Of a DNA stretch of 64,000 nt, positions 49,448-62,564 are shown piece after piece. The stretch is from Malacoraja senta. Its lineage: Eukaryota. A program made the translations under genes and the position numbers. The DNA lies in assembly GCA_038087875.1 (NCBI GenBank), contig CM075989.1, forward strand, positions 3,224,001 through 3,288,000, given 5' to 3'. The notes under the pieces are model-generated. The model did not search any database. It was not told where the DNA came from and saw nothing but the letters and a program-made list of their open reading frames with translations. Position 1 is the stretch's first letter. Every line of letters starts with the position of its first letter.

Positions 49448-50391
49448 CATCTGTGGTGGGCGAGTTACTGGAGAAGATTCTGAGATAAGATATATATGTA
49501 TTTGGTTAGTCTGGGGCTGATTAGCGATAGACAGCGTGGTTTTGTACATAGGAGATTGAGCCTTATTCATTTAATTGAGCTGAAGGTTGTTGACAAAGCA
49601 AGGCCGTAAATATTTTCTACATGGACTTCAGCAGGGCCTTTGATAAAGTTCCGCATAGTAGGCTGCTCTGGAAGGTTAGATAACATGGAGACGAGAGCGA
49701 GCTTTAATTTAGTTTGGAGGTACAGCATGGAAACAGGCCCTTTGCCCCATTGAGTCCGTGCAACCACGATAAACCATGCACTAGTTCCATCCTACACATT
49801 GGCGACAATTTAACAAAGCCAATTAACCTACAAACATCTTTGGAATGTGCGACGAAACCTGAGCACCCAGAGAAAACCCACTTGGTCAAGGTGAGAACGT
49901 GCAAACTCCATACAGGCAGCACCCGTTATCAGGATCGAACCTGGGACTCTGACGCAGCAACTCCACCCCTGCGCACTGTGCTGCCATCGCTGACTGGGTA
50001 GAGAAATGGCTTCATGGAAGGAAGCAGAGGGCGAGGGCGGAAGGTGGTATTCCAGACTGCAGGCCTGAGACTAGTGGCATGCCTCAGGGTTCTGTTCTTG
50101 GCCCATTGCTGTTTGTGGTCTAGATCAATGATTTGGATGAGAATATGCAAGGCATGATTAGTAAGTTTGCAAGTGACACAAAAGTAGATGATATCGGAGA
50201 TGGTGAAGATCGAAAAAATTCTGCTTCAGTGAGAAAGAAGTTAGTCTTTGGTAACTAGTAATGCATACATGCATGAATGTGACCACAATGTGTGCTACTG
50301 CACATCCAATGGAACGCTAGGCCTTCTAGCTAAAGGCATGGGTCTCAGGTTTAGTTAACACTGGAGGGTGCAGGGTTTAACTGGAGTGAAG

Positions 50392-50558
50392 GTGATGGAT
50401 GCTGGTGTAATTGGATGGTGAGACACCGGTTTAATTGGATGGTGCTGACTGTGGTGTAGTTATCTGGTGATGACAGTGGTTTAGTTGTATGGTGGTGACT
50501 GCGGTTTAGTTGGTGTGGTGGTGACACTGGTTTAGTTAGTGCGATGGGACACCGGTTT
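50392..50558. repeat. Degenerate minisatellite, unit about 25 bp
   Basis: 6-7 units of GTGRTGACASTGGTTTAGTTGGATG-like sequence. Confidence 0.75.
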
Positions 50559-51269
50559 GAACGTTCTTGTCATGAAGATCACACAGCAAAGTTTACACAT
50601 CATCTTAAACATCTCTTTCATGCCCAGTTATCCCCAGAAGATCCACGATTCCTGACTTCAGCTTCCCCCTGTCTCACATGTCATGCCTGTTGGAGCATCA
50701 CTCCCCTAGACTCTTCACCAATGGCCGCATGGATGGATCGCTACTCTTGCCATCCTGGTTTCTTCCTTCAGAAATGGTGACAATATGTCATTCGCATGAA
50801 TGCACTTGCCTCTCCCCAGTGGTCAGTGAGGCCAACGGTGCACCAACTCTAGTCATAGTCACACAGCAGAGCAAGAGGCCCTTTGGCCCAACATACCCAT
50901 GCTGACCAAGATGCCCCATCTACACACGAACACTATCCTACACACACTAGGGACAAGTTGCATTTTTTACCAAGCCAATCAACCAACAACGCCTGAACCA
51001 GCCTGATCTCCCGGTTGCTGGACACTTTAATTCTCCTTCCCATTCCTACACAGACCTTTCTGTCCTCGGTCTCCTCCATTGTCAGAGTGAGGCTAAACGC
51101 AAATTGGAGGAACAGCATCTCATATTTCGCTTGGGCAGCTTACAGCCCAGTGGTATGAATATTGAATTCTCTCACTTCAGGTAGATCCGGCATTCCCTCT
51201 CTCTCTATCCCTCCCCCACCCAAGTCGCACCAGCTTCTCTTTTTCACACAACAAACAGCTAACACTGAA

Positions 51270-52530
51270 TCCCACACACAATTGACTGACTTCATCCGCT
51301 TCACCACTAACTTCCATCCGGCACTCAAGTACACCTGGACCATATCCGACACTTCCCTACCATTTCCTGACCTCACTATCTCCATCGCAGGTGATAGACT
51401 TCTGACCGACATCCACTAGAAACCCACTGACTCCCATGGCTGTCTAGACTACACTTCTTCCCACCCTGCTTCCTGTAAGGACTCCATCCCCTACTCCCAA
51501 TTCCTCCATCTACGCTGCATCTGCTCCCAGGATGAGGTGTTCCACACCAGGGCATCGGAAATGTCCTAATTCTTCAGGGAACGGGGGTTCCCCTCCCCTA
51601 CTATAGATGAGGCTCTCATCAGGGTCTCTTCCATACCCCGTAACACTGTTCTCTCTCCCCATCCCCCCACTCACAACAAGGGCAGAGTCCCCCTAGTCCT
51701 CACCTTTCACCCCACTAGCCATCACATACAACAAGTGATCCTCCTCCATCAGTTTCGCCACCTCCAACGTGACCCCACCACTTGCCACATCTTCCCATCT
51801 CCCCCCTGTCTGCTTTCCGCAAAGACCGCTCCCTCCGTAACTCTCTGGTCAATTCTTCCCTTCCCTCCCGCACCACCCCCTCCCCGGGCACTTTCCCTTG
51901 CAACCGCAAGAGGTGCTACACTTCTCGCTTTACCTCCCCCCTCGACTCCATTCAAGGACCCAAGCAGTCATTCCAGGTGTGACAGAGGTTCACCTGCATC
52001 TCCTCCAACCTCATCTATTGCATCCGCTGCTCTAGATGTCAGCTGATCTACATCGGCGTAGGCTTGGCGATCGTTTCGCCGAACACCTCCGCTCGGTCCG
52101 CAATAACCAACCTGATCTCCCGGTGACTCAGCACTTCAACTCCCCCTCCCATTCCGAATCCGACCTTTCTGTCCTGGGCCTCCTCCATGGCCAGAGTGAG
52201 CACCACCGGAAATTGGAGGAACAGCACCTCATATTCCGCTTGGGGAGTTTGCACCCTAGCGCCATAAACATTGACTTCTCCAATTTCCGGTAGCCCTTGC
52301 TGTCTCCTCCCCTTCTCAGCTCTCCCTCAGCCCTTGGCCTCCTCTTCCTTTCTCCTTTCTTCTCCCCGCCCACCCCCCCCCCCCTCCTCCACCCCACATC
52401 AGTCTGCAGAAGGGTTTCGGCCCAAAACGTTGCCTATATCCTTCGCTCCATAGATGCTGCTGCACCCGCTGAGTTTCTCCAGCACTTTTGTCTACCTTTG
52501 ATTTTCCAGCATCTGCAGTTCCTTCTTAAA
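51270..52530 (+). mobile_element. Penelope-like (Neptune-type) element 3' part
   Basis: FHPALKYTWTIS, CNRKRC, GIY-YIG remnant, pLTR. Confidence 0.9.
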
Positions 52531-53639
52531 CACTGAATGGCCTGTTTCCTTTATCATCGTTACTTTTTCGCATATCTTTCATTCATTGTTCTTTATCTCT
52601 CTACATCACCGTCTATATCTCTCATTTCCCTTATCCCTAACCAGTCTGAAGAAGTGTCTCGACTCGAAACGTCACCCATTCCTTCCCTCCAGAGATGCCG
52701 CCTGTCCTGCTGAGTTACTCCAGCGTTTTGTGTCCACCTACAAACCTGTACGTCTTTGGAGTGTGGGAGGAAACCGGAGATCTTGGGCAAAAACCAACAC
52801 AGGTCACGGAGAGAACGTACAAACTCTGTATAGACAGCGCCCGTAGTCAGGATCGAACCCGGGTCTCTGGCGCTGTAAGGCAGCAACTCTACCGCCGCGC
52901 CACTCTTAGTGATGTTACACAGAGCAGGACTCTGCCCAGAGCAAACAGTCCACTCCACTCTCTTAAAGAATATTTAGTCTTTCTTCCAACAGCAGGAGTA
53001 TGATAAATGCAAGGAGAAGTTATACTGTAGGCTCCTCTAACTGCACTAAATCACTGCATGTCAGCCAGCATTGTTTAATTTATTCCCTTGGTTCACATCA
53101 GTTATTAATTCTCTGAACATTTAAAATCATTTAATACAATTCTGTCCGAACAGGAATGCAAAATCACATTCAGAGGTTGGTGCTTTAAAAAGGCCCTTCA
53201 GCCCAACCTGTCCACGCCAGCCAACATGTCCCAGCCACACTAGTCCCACCTGCCTGCTCTTGGACCATTCCCTCCACACATGTCCTATCCGTGTACCTGG
53301 TTTATCTAAAAGGTGGGACTCGGAAACATCCGTCATTTCAGGCAGAATCAAGTGTCCAGGCCAGCAATCATTCCCCAGCCATCACAATCAGAAGATGAGA
53401 CAACAGGAACTGCAGAGGCTGGATTAGGGAAAAAGATACATGCAAACTCGGTGGGCCGAAGGGCCTGTTTCCAGGCTGTATCTCTAAAACTAAAACTAAC
53501 ACTGGTAGTGATCCGTGACATCCCGTTGTGATGAAGTCTCCACATCCGGCCTCTCCACACACACACCACTAAGGCGCCGGAGCTGTTGACATTTTCTTTG
53601 TTGTATTTATGCATAAGGTCATAAGTGATAGGAGCAGGA

Positions 53640-54062
53640 TTCCTTGCCTGGGATCGCTCCAAACGCGGCCTGCGAACTTTACATCGAGAGCTCGCAGCCT
53701 CGGGAGAGGCCGTAGATGTCGGGAAGCTCCAACGACGCAGAAGGTTTGAACAGCCCCGACCCGGGGTCCGATCGCTCGGCGCGGGGAGCTGACATCCCCC
53801 CGATGTGGAAGCTTGATCGCCCCGACGCAGAGGGCTCAAACACCGCCGGCTGAGGGAGAACAAAGAGGGGAAGAGATTTAACTTTTTTCCGCCTTCCATC
53901 ACAGTGAGGAATGTGGAGGAGTCACTGTGGTGGATGTTCATATTAAAATGTACTTTGTGTGTTACGTTGCTTTTTATTTGTATGACTGACTTGGCAAATG
54001 AAATTCCTCGTATGTTGCAAAACATACTTGGCTAATAAAGTATTATTGTATTGTATTGTATT
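53640..54062 (+). mobile_element. GC-rich non-autonomous retroposon with Rex-like tail
   Basis: CCATCACAGTGA..TCACTGTGGTGG hairpin, GTATGTT-GCAA-AACATAC stem-loop, (TATTG)n tail. Confidence 0.65.
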
Positions 54063-54730
54063 AGGCCATTTGGCCTGTCAAGTCTATTCCACCATTCAAT
54101 TACGGCTGATCGACCTCTCCCTCCTAACCCATTCTCCAGCCTTCTCCCCGTAACCCCTGACACTCGTACTGATCAAGAATAGTAAGATTAAACGAGAACT
54201 TACCAGTTTGAAGTTTGATCTTTATTTTATGAGGAGTTACGTTGGTGATTACGTGAAGAAGACCCGTCAGGGCGCATGCGCGTCAATCTTCAAAGCAGCG
54301 GTATGAAATCACAGACAACACAATAATTGAAGTAACATATTAAGATGATCAACATGAGAACTACCATTATGACCTTTTTTCTATGAGAGAGGGTTGGGCG
54401 TGGCAGGCACGTAATCACCAACGTAACTCCTCATAAAAGAAAGATCAAACTTCAAACTGGTAAGTTCTCGTTTAATCTTACTATTTTACTTCGGAGTCAC
54501 GTGAGTGACTACGTGAAGATTTTAAAGCTCTGTGATTTTTATGCCGCAGATCAAAATCCCGGCTTCTCACTGCATCGATTGACTCCGAGTATCATCAATA
54601 GTGTTGTAAACATGACATTACATAACATGCAAAAACAAACAGTTTTATTTTTGGTCATAAAACAACCAATAAACCCTCTTAATTTAGGGGCAACAAACGA
54701 AACAGAATGAAAGAGTATTGAAAACAGACT

Positions 54731-55690
54731 TTAAACAATAGCAACAGCACTCAATATTGAGTTGGCAAACAGCCCTCCATCGGCAATCGGCCGATGGTAG
54801 TATTGCTGAAACACAAGTTCATTTTTCCAACCTGCAGCTTTTAATATATGGTCGATGGGAACGTCCATCGCCCTGACCGCGGATGTTGCTACTGCGCTAG
54901 TGGAACGAGATGTAAGCACATAAATGTTAATTCCTGCCTGAACCAACTCTTGCTTTAACCATGTTGAGATAGTCTGAACTGCCACTCTTTTATGTTGGCT
55001 TCTTGTAACTGACAAATAATCCTGTTTCTTCTTGTCTTAAAGCCCTTGTGGCTTCAATGTAATGTAAGAAATGTGTCCTTACACATAAACATGGAGCTGT
55101 AGGATATGCTGAGAACACAATCTTAAATCCTGTCACACCTGGCCTGCTTTGTTTGAGCAGGTCATAAATATAAAACAGAACATTCTCTGTAGTCACTTCC
55201 ATTCTATCTAACTGAAGTTTTTGCAAAGTCTGCACTCTCTGTACTGACACCAATGCCATTAGCATAGCCAATTTCATGGTTAATTTTAACAAAGTTATAG
55301 ACGTGACAGGGACCCAATGACAAAGCATGTTAAGAACAACGCTTACATCGCAGATTACCACATACCTAGGCTTAGGCAGTTTGGAATTAAAGATTCCTTT
55401 CATCAACCTAGATATCAGAGGGTGAGAACCTATACTTTGTGTCCGTGTACCTATTACAAGATATGCCGACAAAGCATTTCTAGCTGTATTGATAGCACTG
55501 TAGCTAAGAACCTCATCATAATAAAGTGTAGATAAAAATCTAACACATTTTCAATAACTACAGTATCATATTGAATATTCTTTTGAACACAATATTGTTC
55601 CCATTTTTTACATAAGTCATATACTGCTTTTGAGTACTCTTTCTCCAGGCTGCAGTGAGTATATCCACCATTGGCCTAGAAAGTCCTCGA
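54731..55690 (-). pseudogene. DIRS tyrosine recombinase (frameshifted)
   Basis: HPLISRLMKG..PKPRY, KLAMLMAL..QR, ILKAAGW....FQQYY. Confidence 0.9.
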
Positions 55691-55719
55691 CCAATGTAAA
55701 ACATTCTTAAAAACCTGCA

Positions 55720-56960
55720 AATTAACAGATCAATACGATCACATAACGGATGAACTTAACGCATTACTGGATGCTCCAGCAAATTCCTACTGTTTGGAAT
55801 CAGCAAAAGGGGGTTGGATCGCTATCTGTAACATCAAAGGGAACCATGGTTGAATCGGGCAATTTGGTATCACCAAAACCCCTGAAGCGGCATCCTGCTT
55901 GATTTCCTCAAACACCCATGTGATTCATATAAGCAACTGCTGCAGTGTTGTCTATTTGGCACTGCACATGCAAACTACTTTTGTTAGTGCCATAAGCCTT
56001 GAGTCCATAAAATACTCCTGGTTAATTCCCCATGTTTGCAGAAGCAATGTCCATCTGTCTCCACAGCTGGATCTTGTATCAGTAGCACCCTACCCAAGTG
56101 CTCTGACATCTGTCTGCAAAATCATGGAAGCTTGGTCCAATAACACTTTGGAACTACTAGTGGACACATGCTGAATCCACCATTGTACATCAGCAACAGC
56201 CTCTATTGATAGAAGCATAGGTCTATTATAATGACCCCAATGTATCCTCAGTGCTTGTTCCTTTGACCTTTGTAATTGTAGATAATAAAGTGGCCACTAT
56301 TGAACTGCTGGAAATGCTGCCAGCAATTTCCCCAGCAGACTCGTCACCTGGCTAATTGAAGGCTGTGTGTCAGCAATTAACTTGATACAGCTCTTAATTA
56401 GCTCTACCCTTTTTTGCCTCGGCAAGGTCACAATCATGTTGATTAAGTCTATTGTGAACCCAACTAGTCAATTTGTGTCACAGGTATTAATTTAGATTTC
56501 ACTGGATAGCTTAAGAAGCCCAATTTTTTAAAAAGTGGTTTTTACCAACTGCCACTGATGCTTCAGCTGTTTCCTTTGATTGTCCTACAATCAAGATATT
56601 ATCTAGATAAGCCATCCAGCTGAATTTTAAATCTTCTATCCTGCAAATGAACAGACACTGAATCCGCATCTTGAAGATCTCCCCAAATGTTTCCATCTTA
56701 AAATGTCTATACCGTACAAAAAGGTTTAAGACTATTCAGGTCCAGTATAATTCTGCATCCCCCATCCTTTTTTGGTCTGGGAAAGATATTGGACACAAAC
56801 TGATGGCTTTGGTAAACTGCCTTAGCAATTACACCTTAATTACATAAGCTTGCAAGTTCCACCTGAACTTCCAATTGTTCAGTGATACTGAAGTCAAACT
56901 CCTTTTTGGAACATGTTGCATGGGTAAATCAGAATTTGCATTAAGCTTTATTCAAAACCC
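55720..56960 (-). pseudogene. DIRS RT, RNase H and methyltransferase-like remnants with deletions
   Basis: FVSNIFPRPKKDGGCRIILDL, HFKMET, AYLDNILI, ILQTDV, IDNTAAVAYMNHMG, GVLVIPNCPIQPWFP. Confidence 0.88.
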
Positions 56961-56971
56961 TTCAATAACCT

Positions 56972-58248
56972 TCAGTATAAACATATCTGAGGTATCACAT
57001 TAGATCTGTCTACATGAGAACCAGACCCACTTACCTCCTTACCACCTGGCATTCTTCCCCGGCCTTGAGCTGGATATCTCACCTTCCCTGGCGCTGCTAC
57101 AGCCGAACGCCAACTGCGCTGCATCGTAGCTGGACTCGTCCGTTGCCCGGACCAGTCTCCTGGCTTATAGGGATACTTCCGCTTTAGTGGATATGTGGCT
57201 GCTGGCTGCTTAATCAAGCCCACCATCTTGGCCTCCTCCTCCTCCAGCTCCTTCACCTGCTTTGCGAAATCCTCGCCAAACAGATTTGCCAGTTGCACTG
57301 TGCCAGGCTGGCAGAGTGAAGCATATTTAGGGTTGATGGTTGGTCTAAAAGCATTCTTGTGGAGGCAGTTGATCTCAAAGTGGGCACTCCACAATAGCGC
57401 CACACCTTTTGTTGTAATTCGTCATGGCCTCTCCATCCACCATCCTGGCAAAGCTCGTTATGCCAGATGCCAGCAACTTTAAAAATATGCTGGAGCTTCA
57501 CCTCCTCCTGGGCTCTCATTTGTATGCCCATCTTGCCCCAAATCTTCCTGTTCCCAACAGGAACTTTTAACAGGCCACAGTTTATTGGGGCTTCATGCTT
57601 CCTTACTGGCTCATCCATTGTCAGCTCCTGTAGCTGGTGTGAGACTTGGTAATTTATGCTGGTGGTAAGTTCCTCACCCAGAGGATCACCAGCGTCCGAC
57701 GACATGGCAAACCGTGCTGCACACGGTGTCAGCTCTGGCCGCTGCATGCCCTCCCGTTGGAAGTCATCGTCGGACTCAGGGTCAGAGCATATCTGCCCTT
57801 CTGCACTCACCTCTTGCAAAGAGGGTGCTTTCAAGCAGGCCTCTACTAGGCACTGCCGGGGGAGCCTTCCCGACGGCCTCCCGCCCTCACAACTCCTCCT
57901 GGAGTGTGGCTTTGTGGAGCAGCCCCTGTATGCGCTGCTCCTTTTGGATAACCGCTGGGGAACGGTATCCTGTCCCCGACGGGACTCTCCTGGCCCGACT
58001 CTGCGGAGTCAATGGCCCTGACAGACTTGGCTTATGCCTACCGCCCGACTGGCGTTGGCTGTGTACCCGGCTGGGCACTTTGCCAAGTCTGTCGCCGCAC
58101 CGCTACCGGCTTGCGACTCCCCACAGGTGACAGGCTGCCTTTCAGAGACTGCGCTCCCGCAGCTCTCTCTCTCCTTGTCCGTAGCACGCCTGCACCTTGA
58201 TGATTTTCCTTGTTCCTGCATTGTGGGGAAAATAAAATACAGCAACAA
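56972..58248 (-). pseudogene. DIRS gag-like ORF (frameshifted)
   Basis: FRPTINPKYASLC...LFGEDFAKQVKEL motif; lies 5' of RT. Confidence 0.7.
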
Positions 58249-58429
58249 TTTCTCTACTTTTTTTCTAACTCCTCCAAAGTCTCCCCGACTTTGGTGGAGC
58301 TGTAACTACTCACCTGCAGGAGGAGCTCCGTCCTCCTGCTGCCGGGCGCCAATGCGTCAGACGTAATGACACGCATGCGCCCTGACGGGTCTTCTTCACG
58401 TAGTCACTCACGTGACTCCGAAGTAAAAT

Positions 58430-58970
58430 CTGTCAATCTCTGCCTTAAAAGTATCCATTGACTTGGCCTCCACAGCCTTCCTTGGCAAAGGATTCCACAG
58501 ATTCACCACCCTCTGACTAAAGAAATTCCTCCTCATCTCCTTCCTAAAGGAACATCCTATAATTCTGAGGCTATGACCTGCGGTCCTAGATTCTCCCACT
58601 AATGGAAACATCCTCTCCACATACACTCTATCCAGGCCTTTCACTATTCGGCAAGTTTCAATGAGGTCCCCTCTCACCTTCTAAACTCCAGCGAGGTCAG
58701 GCCCAGTGCCATCAAACGCTCATCATAGGTTAACCCACTCATTCCTGGGATCATTCGTGTAAACCTCCTCTGGACCCTCTCCAGGGCCAGCACATCCTTC
58801 CTCAGATATGGTGGCCCAAAATTGTTCACAATGCTCTCCAATGCGGCCCAACCTGCGCCTCATAGAGCCTCAGCATTACATCCCTGGTTTTGTATTCTAG
58901 TCCTCTTGAAATATATGCTATAATTGCGTTCACCGATTCAACTTGCCGATTAACTTTTTGGGAATCCTGG
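58430..58970 (-). mobile_element. CR1 LINE 3' fragment hosting the DIRS (continues at 54062-54180)
   Basis: RGDLIET..KGLDRV, FFSQRVVNLWN; the flanks rejoin as CAAGAAT-CTGTCAATC. Confidence 0.9.
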
Positions 58971-59243
58971 ATTCCCATTTAGAAAATATGCATTCTGCAC
59001 AGGTTGCACGCTGAGTTCATTGGCTGCAAAACACCTTCAGTATAATCATTGGTCTGACATGATCATTGTGATTCTGCTGCTAAACACCATCCTCAGTCAG
59101 TAATGATAAGGTACACGGTGCAGTGAACGAGAGTGGTGTAGCGTGAATCTAGCATAAGTCACGGCTCTGTGCTCCTGCAGTGGAGAGAGGAGAGGGTTTC
59201 AGAGAGCCTGATCTCAGGTCTTTCTGCAACAATCCAATGGACA

Positions 59244-60722
59244 TCTCTATAATACTAAATCTCTTTGTCTTGTTTGTGGCTGTGTGTGTGTGTGTGTGTC
59301 AATATCTGGTTAGTTCAAATTTGCTTCCAAAACGCTAGGCCACAGCCTTCCCATTTTCACACATTCTACTCATAGTTTTCCCGTCGAGGCGATAAATATC
59401 TTCGCGTCACATTCACTAACACCCTCCCCCTCCCTCTCTACCCCCCCCCCCTCTCTAGGGATTGAAGAGGGAGGGAGAAGAGGAGGAGGAGGGAGTGCTG
59501 GGGGATGAGGAGAAATGGGCCGCGCCTGCTCAGTTGGGGGCTCTGCGTGAGTGGTGCAATATTGTGTTGGGGGAACGGGTGAGTGGTGGAATCTTGTGTT
59601 GGGGGAGCAGGCCCAATGGGTCCGCACTTGGTCTGGTACAGAACTAAAACTGATCTTGTGCTCTTCTGGTTTGCACGTTTTTTCTATTCGTGTAAAAACG
59701 GTACGCGATAGCGCTACAATTTTTTGCCAGGTTACTCACCATCCCCCTGTGCTGCGAGTGCAACAGGTTTCCTTGGTGGTATATTGGAAAAAGTTATCGA
59801 GGTTTAAAAATCTTAAAAAACGCGCGTGCCCAGGTTCCTTCAGTCAGCGCCACGCAGATTGGTCTCTTCTCCTGTCAGTCAATGTCACGGTCGGGTTGGT
59901 GACGCCCCTTCCTGCCCCACCGGCGACGGCCTGTCCCGCCTCACTCACAAACTCCACTGGGCCCAGTGGAGGCCCAGTGGAGGCCCAGTGGAGGCCCTGG
60001 TCCTGTCTCTCTCTCCCTCATCACTCACCCCTCTCCCCCGCCCGCCCTCTGTGGCAATGGCGGTCCCGTCTACCCGTCCTCCCGGGTCCGTCTCCTCTGT
60101 CGCCGCTATTGCGGTAACTCACCCGCACGGCCTTCTCGGAGGAGATCTTCTCCACCAGCTCATTGAAACTCGTGGTGCCCACTGTGACGAATACTGACAA
60201 CATCCCCCCTCCCACCCCCCCAGCGGCGGCAGCAAGCAGCCAGGCAGGTAGGCGGGTGGGCAGGGAGGGGACGGGCCGATAGGCGGCTGAGCCGGAGTGG
60301 GCAGAGGGAGGGAGGGAGGGAGAGTTGGGTTGCAGGGTGGCCGAACAGTTTGCGCGGAGTTTGAGTAACTCACACGATACAAACTGGTCCAATCATCAAG
60401 TCAACTGGATCTAAACCACAGCTAGCAATGAATGACCTGTGGAGGAAGGAACTGCAGATGCTGCTTTCTATGGATGGAGTGAGGGAGTGACTGAGGGTAG
60501 GGGAAAGGAGAGGGGGGAGAGGTGAGGGAGAGATTGGGGGAGGAGGAGAGGGGAAAGAAGAGGGAGGGTGAAGAGGAGGAGGAGGGAGTGCTGGGGATGA
60601 GGGGAAATGAGCACAGCTGGGGGCTATGCGTGAGTGGTGGAATATTGCATTGGGGAACGGGTTGCGTTGGGGGGACCAGGCCTCCCGTGTGACAGGAACC
60701 CAATGGGTCCCACTTCATCTAG
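59244..60722 (+). mobile_element. Tandem non-autonomous Helitron
   Basis: A|TC 5' end; two homologous 3' ends with a CCC-AAT-GGG hairpin followed by CTGG|T (59633-59637) and CTAG|T (60719-60723); no TSD. Confidence 0.75.
60123..60203 (-). pseudogene. ALG13: ALG13-like first coding exon, probably Helitron-captured
   Basis: ATG..MLSVFVTVGTTSFNELVEKISSEKAVR (27 codons) then GTGAGT donor; matches the ALG13 N-terminal VFVTVGTTSF motif. Confidence 0.85.
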
Positions 60723-60739
60723 TGACACTATAAAAGCAG

Positions 60740-61310
60740 GCATGTAATGTTGAAGCTCTATGAGGCACTGGTCAGAACGCATTTTGCATTATGAGCAGGT
60801 TTAGGCCCCATTTCTGAGGAAGGATGTGCTGACATTGTAGAGGGTCCTGAGGAGGTTTACGAGAATGATCCCAGGAATGAATGGGTTAATGTATGACGAG
60901 CGTTTGACGGCACTGGGCCTGGAGTTTAGAAGGACGAGGGGGGACCTCATTGAAACTTACCGAATAGTGAAAGGCTTGGATAGGGTGGATGTGGGGAGGA
61001 TGTTTCCACTAGTGGGAGAGTTCAGGACCAGTGCACAGCCTCAGAATAAAAGGTCATACCTTTAGAAGGGAGATGAGGAGGATTTTCTTTAGTCAGAGAG
61101 TGGCAAATCTGTGGAATTAATTGCCATCAATGGGTATTTTTAATGCTGAGGTTAACAGATTCTTAATTAGTAACGGTGTCAGGGTTATGGGGAGAAGGCG
61201 GGAGAATGGGGTTGATAGAGGGAAAGATAGATCAGCCATGATTGAATGGCGGAGTAGACGATGAGCCAAATGGCCTAATTCTGCTCCTATAATTTATGAA
61301 CTTATGAACA
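60740..61310 (+). mobile_element. CR1 LINE 3' fragment
   Basis: RRFTRMIPG, RGDLIETY, 3' UTR. Confidence 0.88.
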
Positions 61311-61549
61311 TAAGAGAAACACGACAAAATGGAGACACAATAGTGCCCAGAACATGGATGAACATCCAGGGAATTACTGCTTGCAATGGGCATAAATGCC
61401 AGATGACACAGTGAACAAACCTTTCAAAGGACAGAGCATGAATAGACGACAATGGAAAATATTTGGCCTTAATACACTCTCCTTCCTCAGCACCAGAGAA
61501 TACTCACTGTCACATTGTACACTACAAGGATGACCCAGTGTATATGCAC

Positions 61550-61880
61550 TTGTGGACACAGGCACACAAACCTGTGTGCACATACGCACACACTCACGTG
61601 TTTGTGTACGCACACACACACCTGGATACTCATGCATGAAGAGACACACACATGCACACTTCCATACACATAGGCACACACATACAATGCACACACACTC
61701 ATGTCCGCACACACATACACATATACACACACATGTATACATACACACATGCACACATCTATACAGATAAACACACACAGCACAATACACACACATGTGT
61801 ACTCACACAAATGCACACACACACATGTATACATGTAAAGTACACACGCTTGTGTTCACACGCACGCATACATAATACAC
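61550..61880. repeat. Degenerate (CA)n tract
   Basis: CA/TA-rich low complexity. Confidence 0.9.
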
Positions 61881-62560
61881 TCTCTTGAAAGTATCCAGAG
61901 ATCCCGTCTCCACCGCCCTCTGAGGCAGAGAATTCCACACTCACAACTCTCTGTGTGAAAAAGTGTTTCCTCATCTCCGTTCTAAATGGCTTACCCCTTA
62001 TTTTTAAACTGTGGCCCCTGGTTCTGGACTCCCCGAACATCGGGAACATGTTTCCTGCCTCTAGCGTGTCCAAACCCTTAATAACCTTATTTGATTCAAT
62101 AAGATACCCTCTCATCCTTCTAAATTCCAGAGTATACAAGCCCAGCCGCTCCATTCTCTCAGCATATGACAGTCCCGCCATCCCGGGAATTAACCTTGTG
62201 AACCTATACTGCACTCCCTCAATAGCAAGAATGTCCTTCCTCAAATTTGGAGATCAAAACTGCACACAATACTCCAGGTGTGGACTCACTAGGACCCTAT
62301 TCAACTGCAGATGGACCTCTTTGCCCTTATACTCAACTCCTCTTGTTATGAAGGCCAACATGCCTTTTGCTTTCCTCACTGCCTGCTGTACCTGCATGCT
62401 TACTTTAATTGACTGATGAACAAGGACCCCCAGATCCTCTTGTCCTTCCCCTTTTCCCAACTTGATACCATTTAGATAATAATCTGCCTTCATATTGTTG
62501 CTACCAAAGTGGATAACCTCACATTTATCCACATTAAACTTCATCTGTCATGCATCTTCC
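61880..62560 (-). mobile_element. CR1 LINE fragment
   Basis: FNVDKCEVIHFG, PHLEYCVQF, FFTQRVV. Confidence 0.9.
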
Positions 62561-62564
62561 CACT

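Larger units (their letters stand above)
54178..58429 (-). mobile_element. DIRS1-type tyrosine-recombinase retrotransposon (termini intact, ORFs decayed)
   Basis: 36-bp ITRs (54250-54285, 58367-58402), ICR 54408-54519 complementary to both ends, AAT at both junctions, gag-RT-RNase H-MT-YR remnants. Confidence 0.95.

Noticed and set aside
50550..50850. Non-repeat-looking segment with short ORFs
   Set aside because: No recognisable similarity; probably an old decayed repeat.
54731..55472. Phage integrase or bacterial contamination
   Set aside because: The recombinase lies inside a DIRS element with ITRs and ICR, inserted in a vertebrate CR1.
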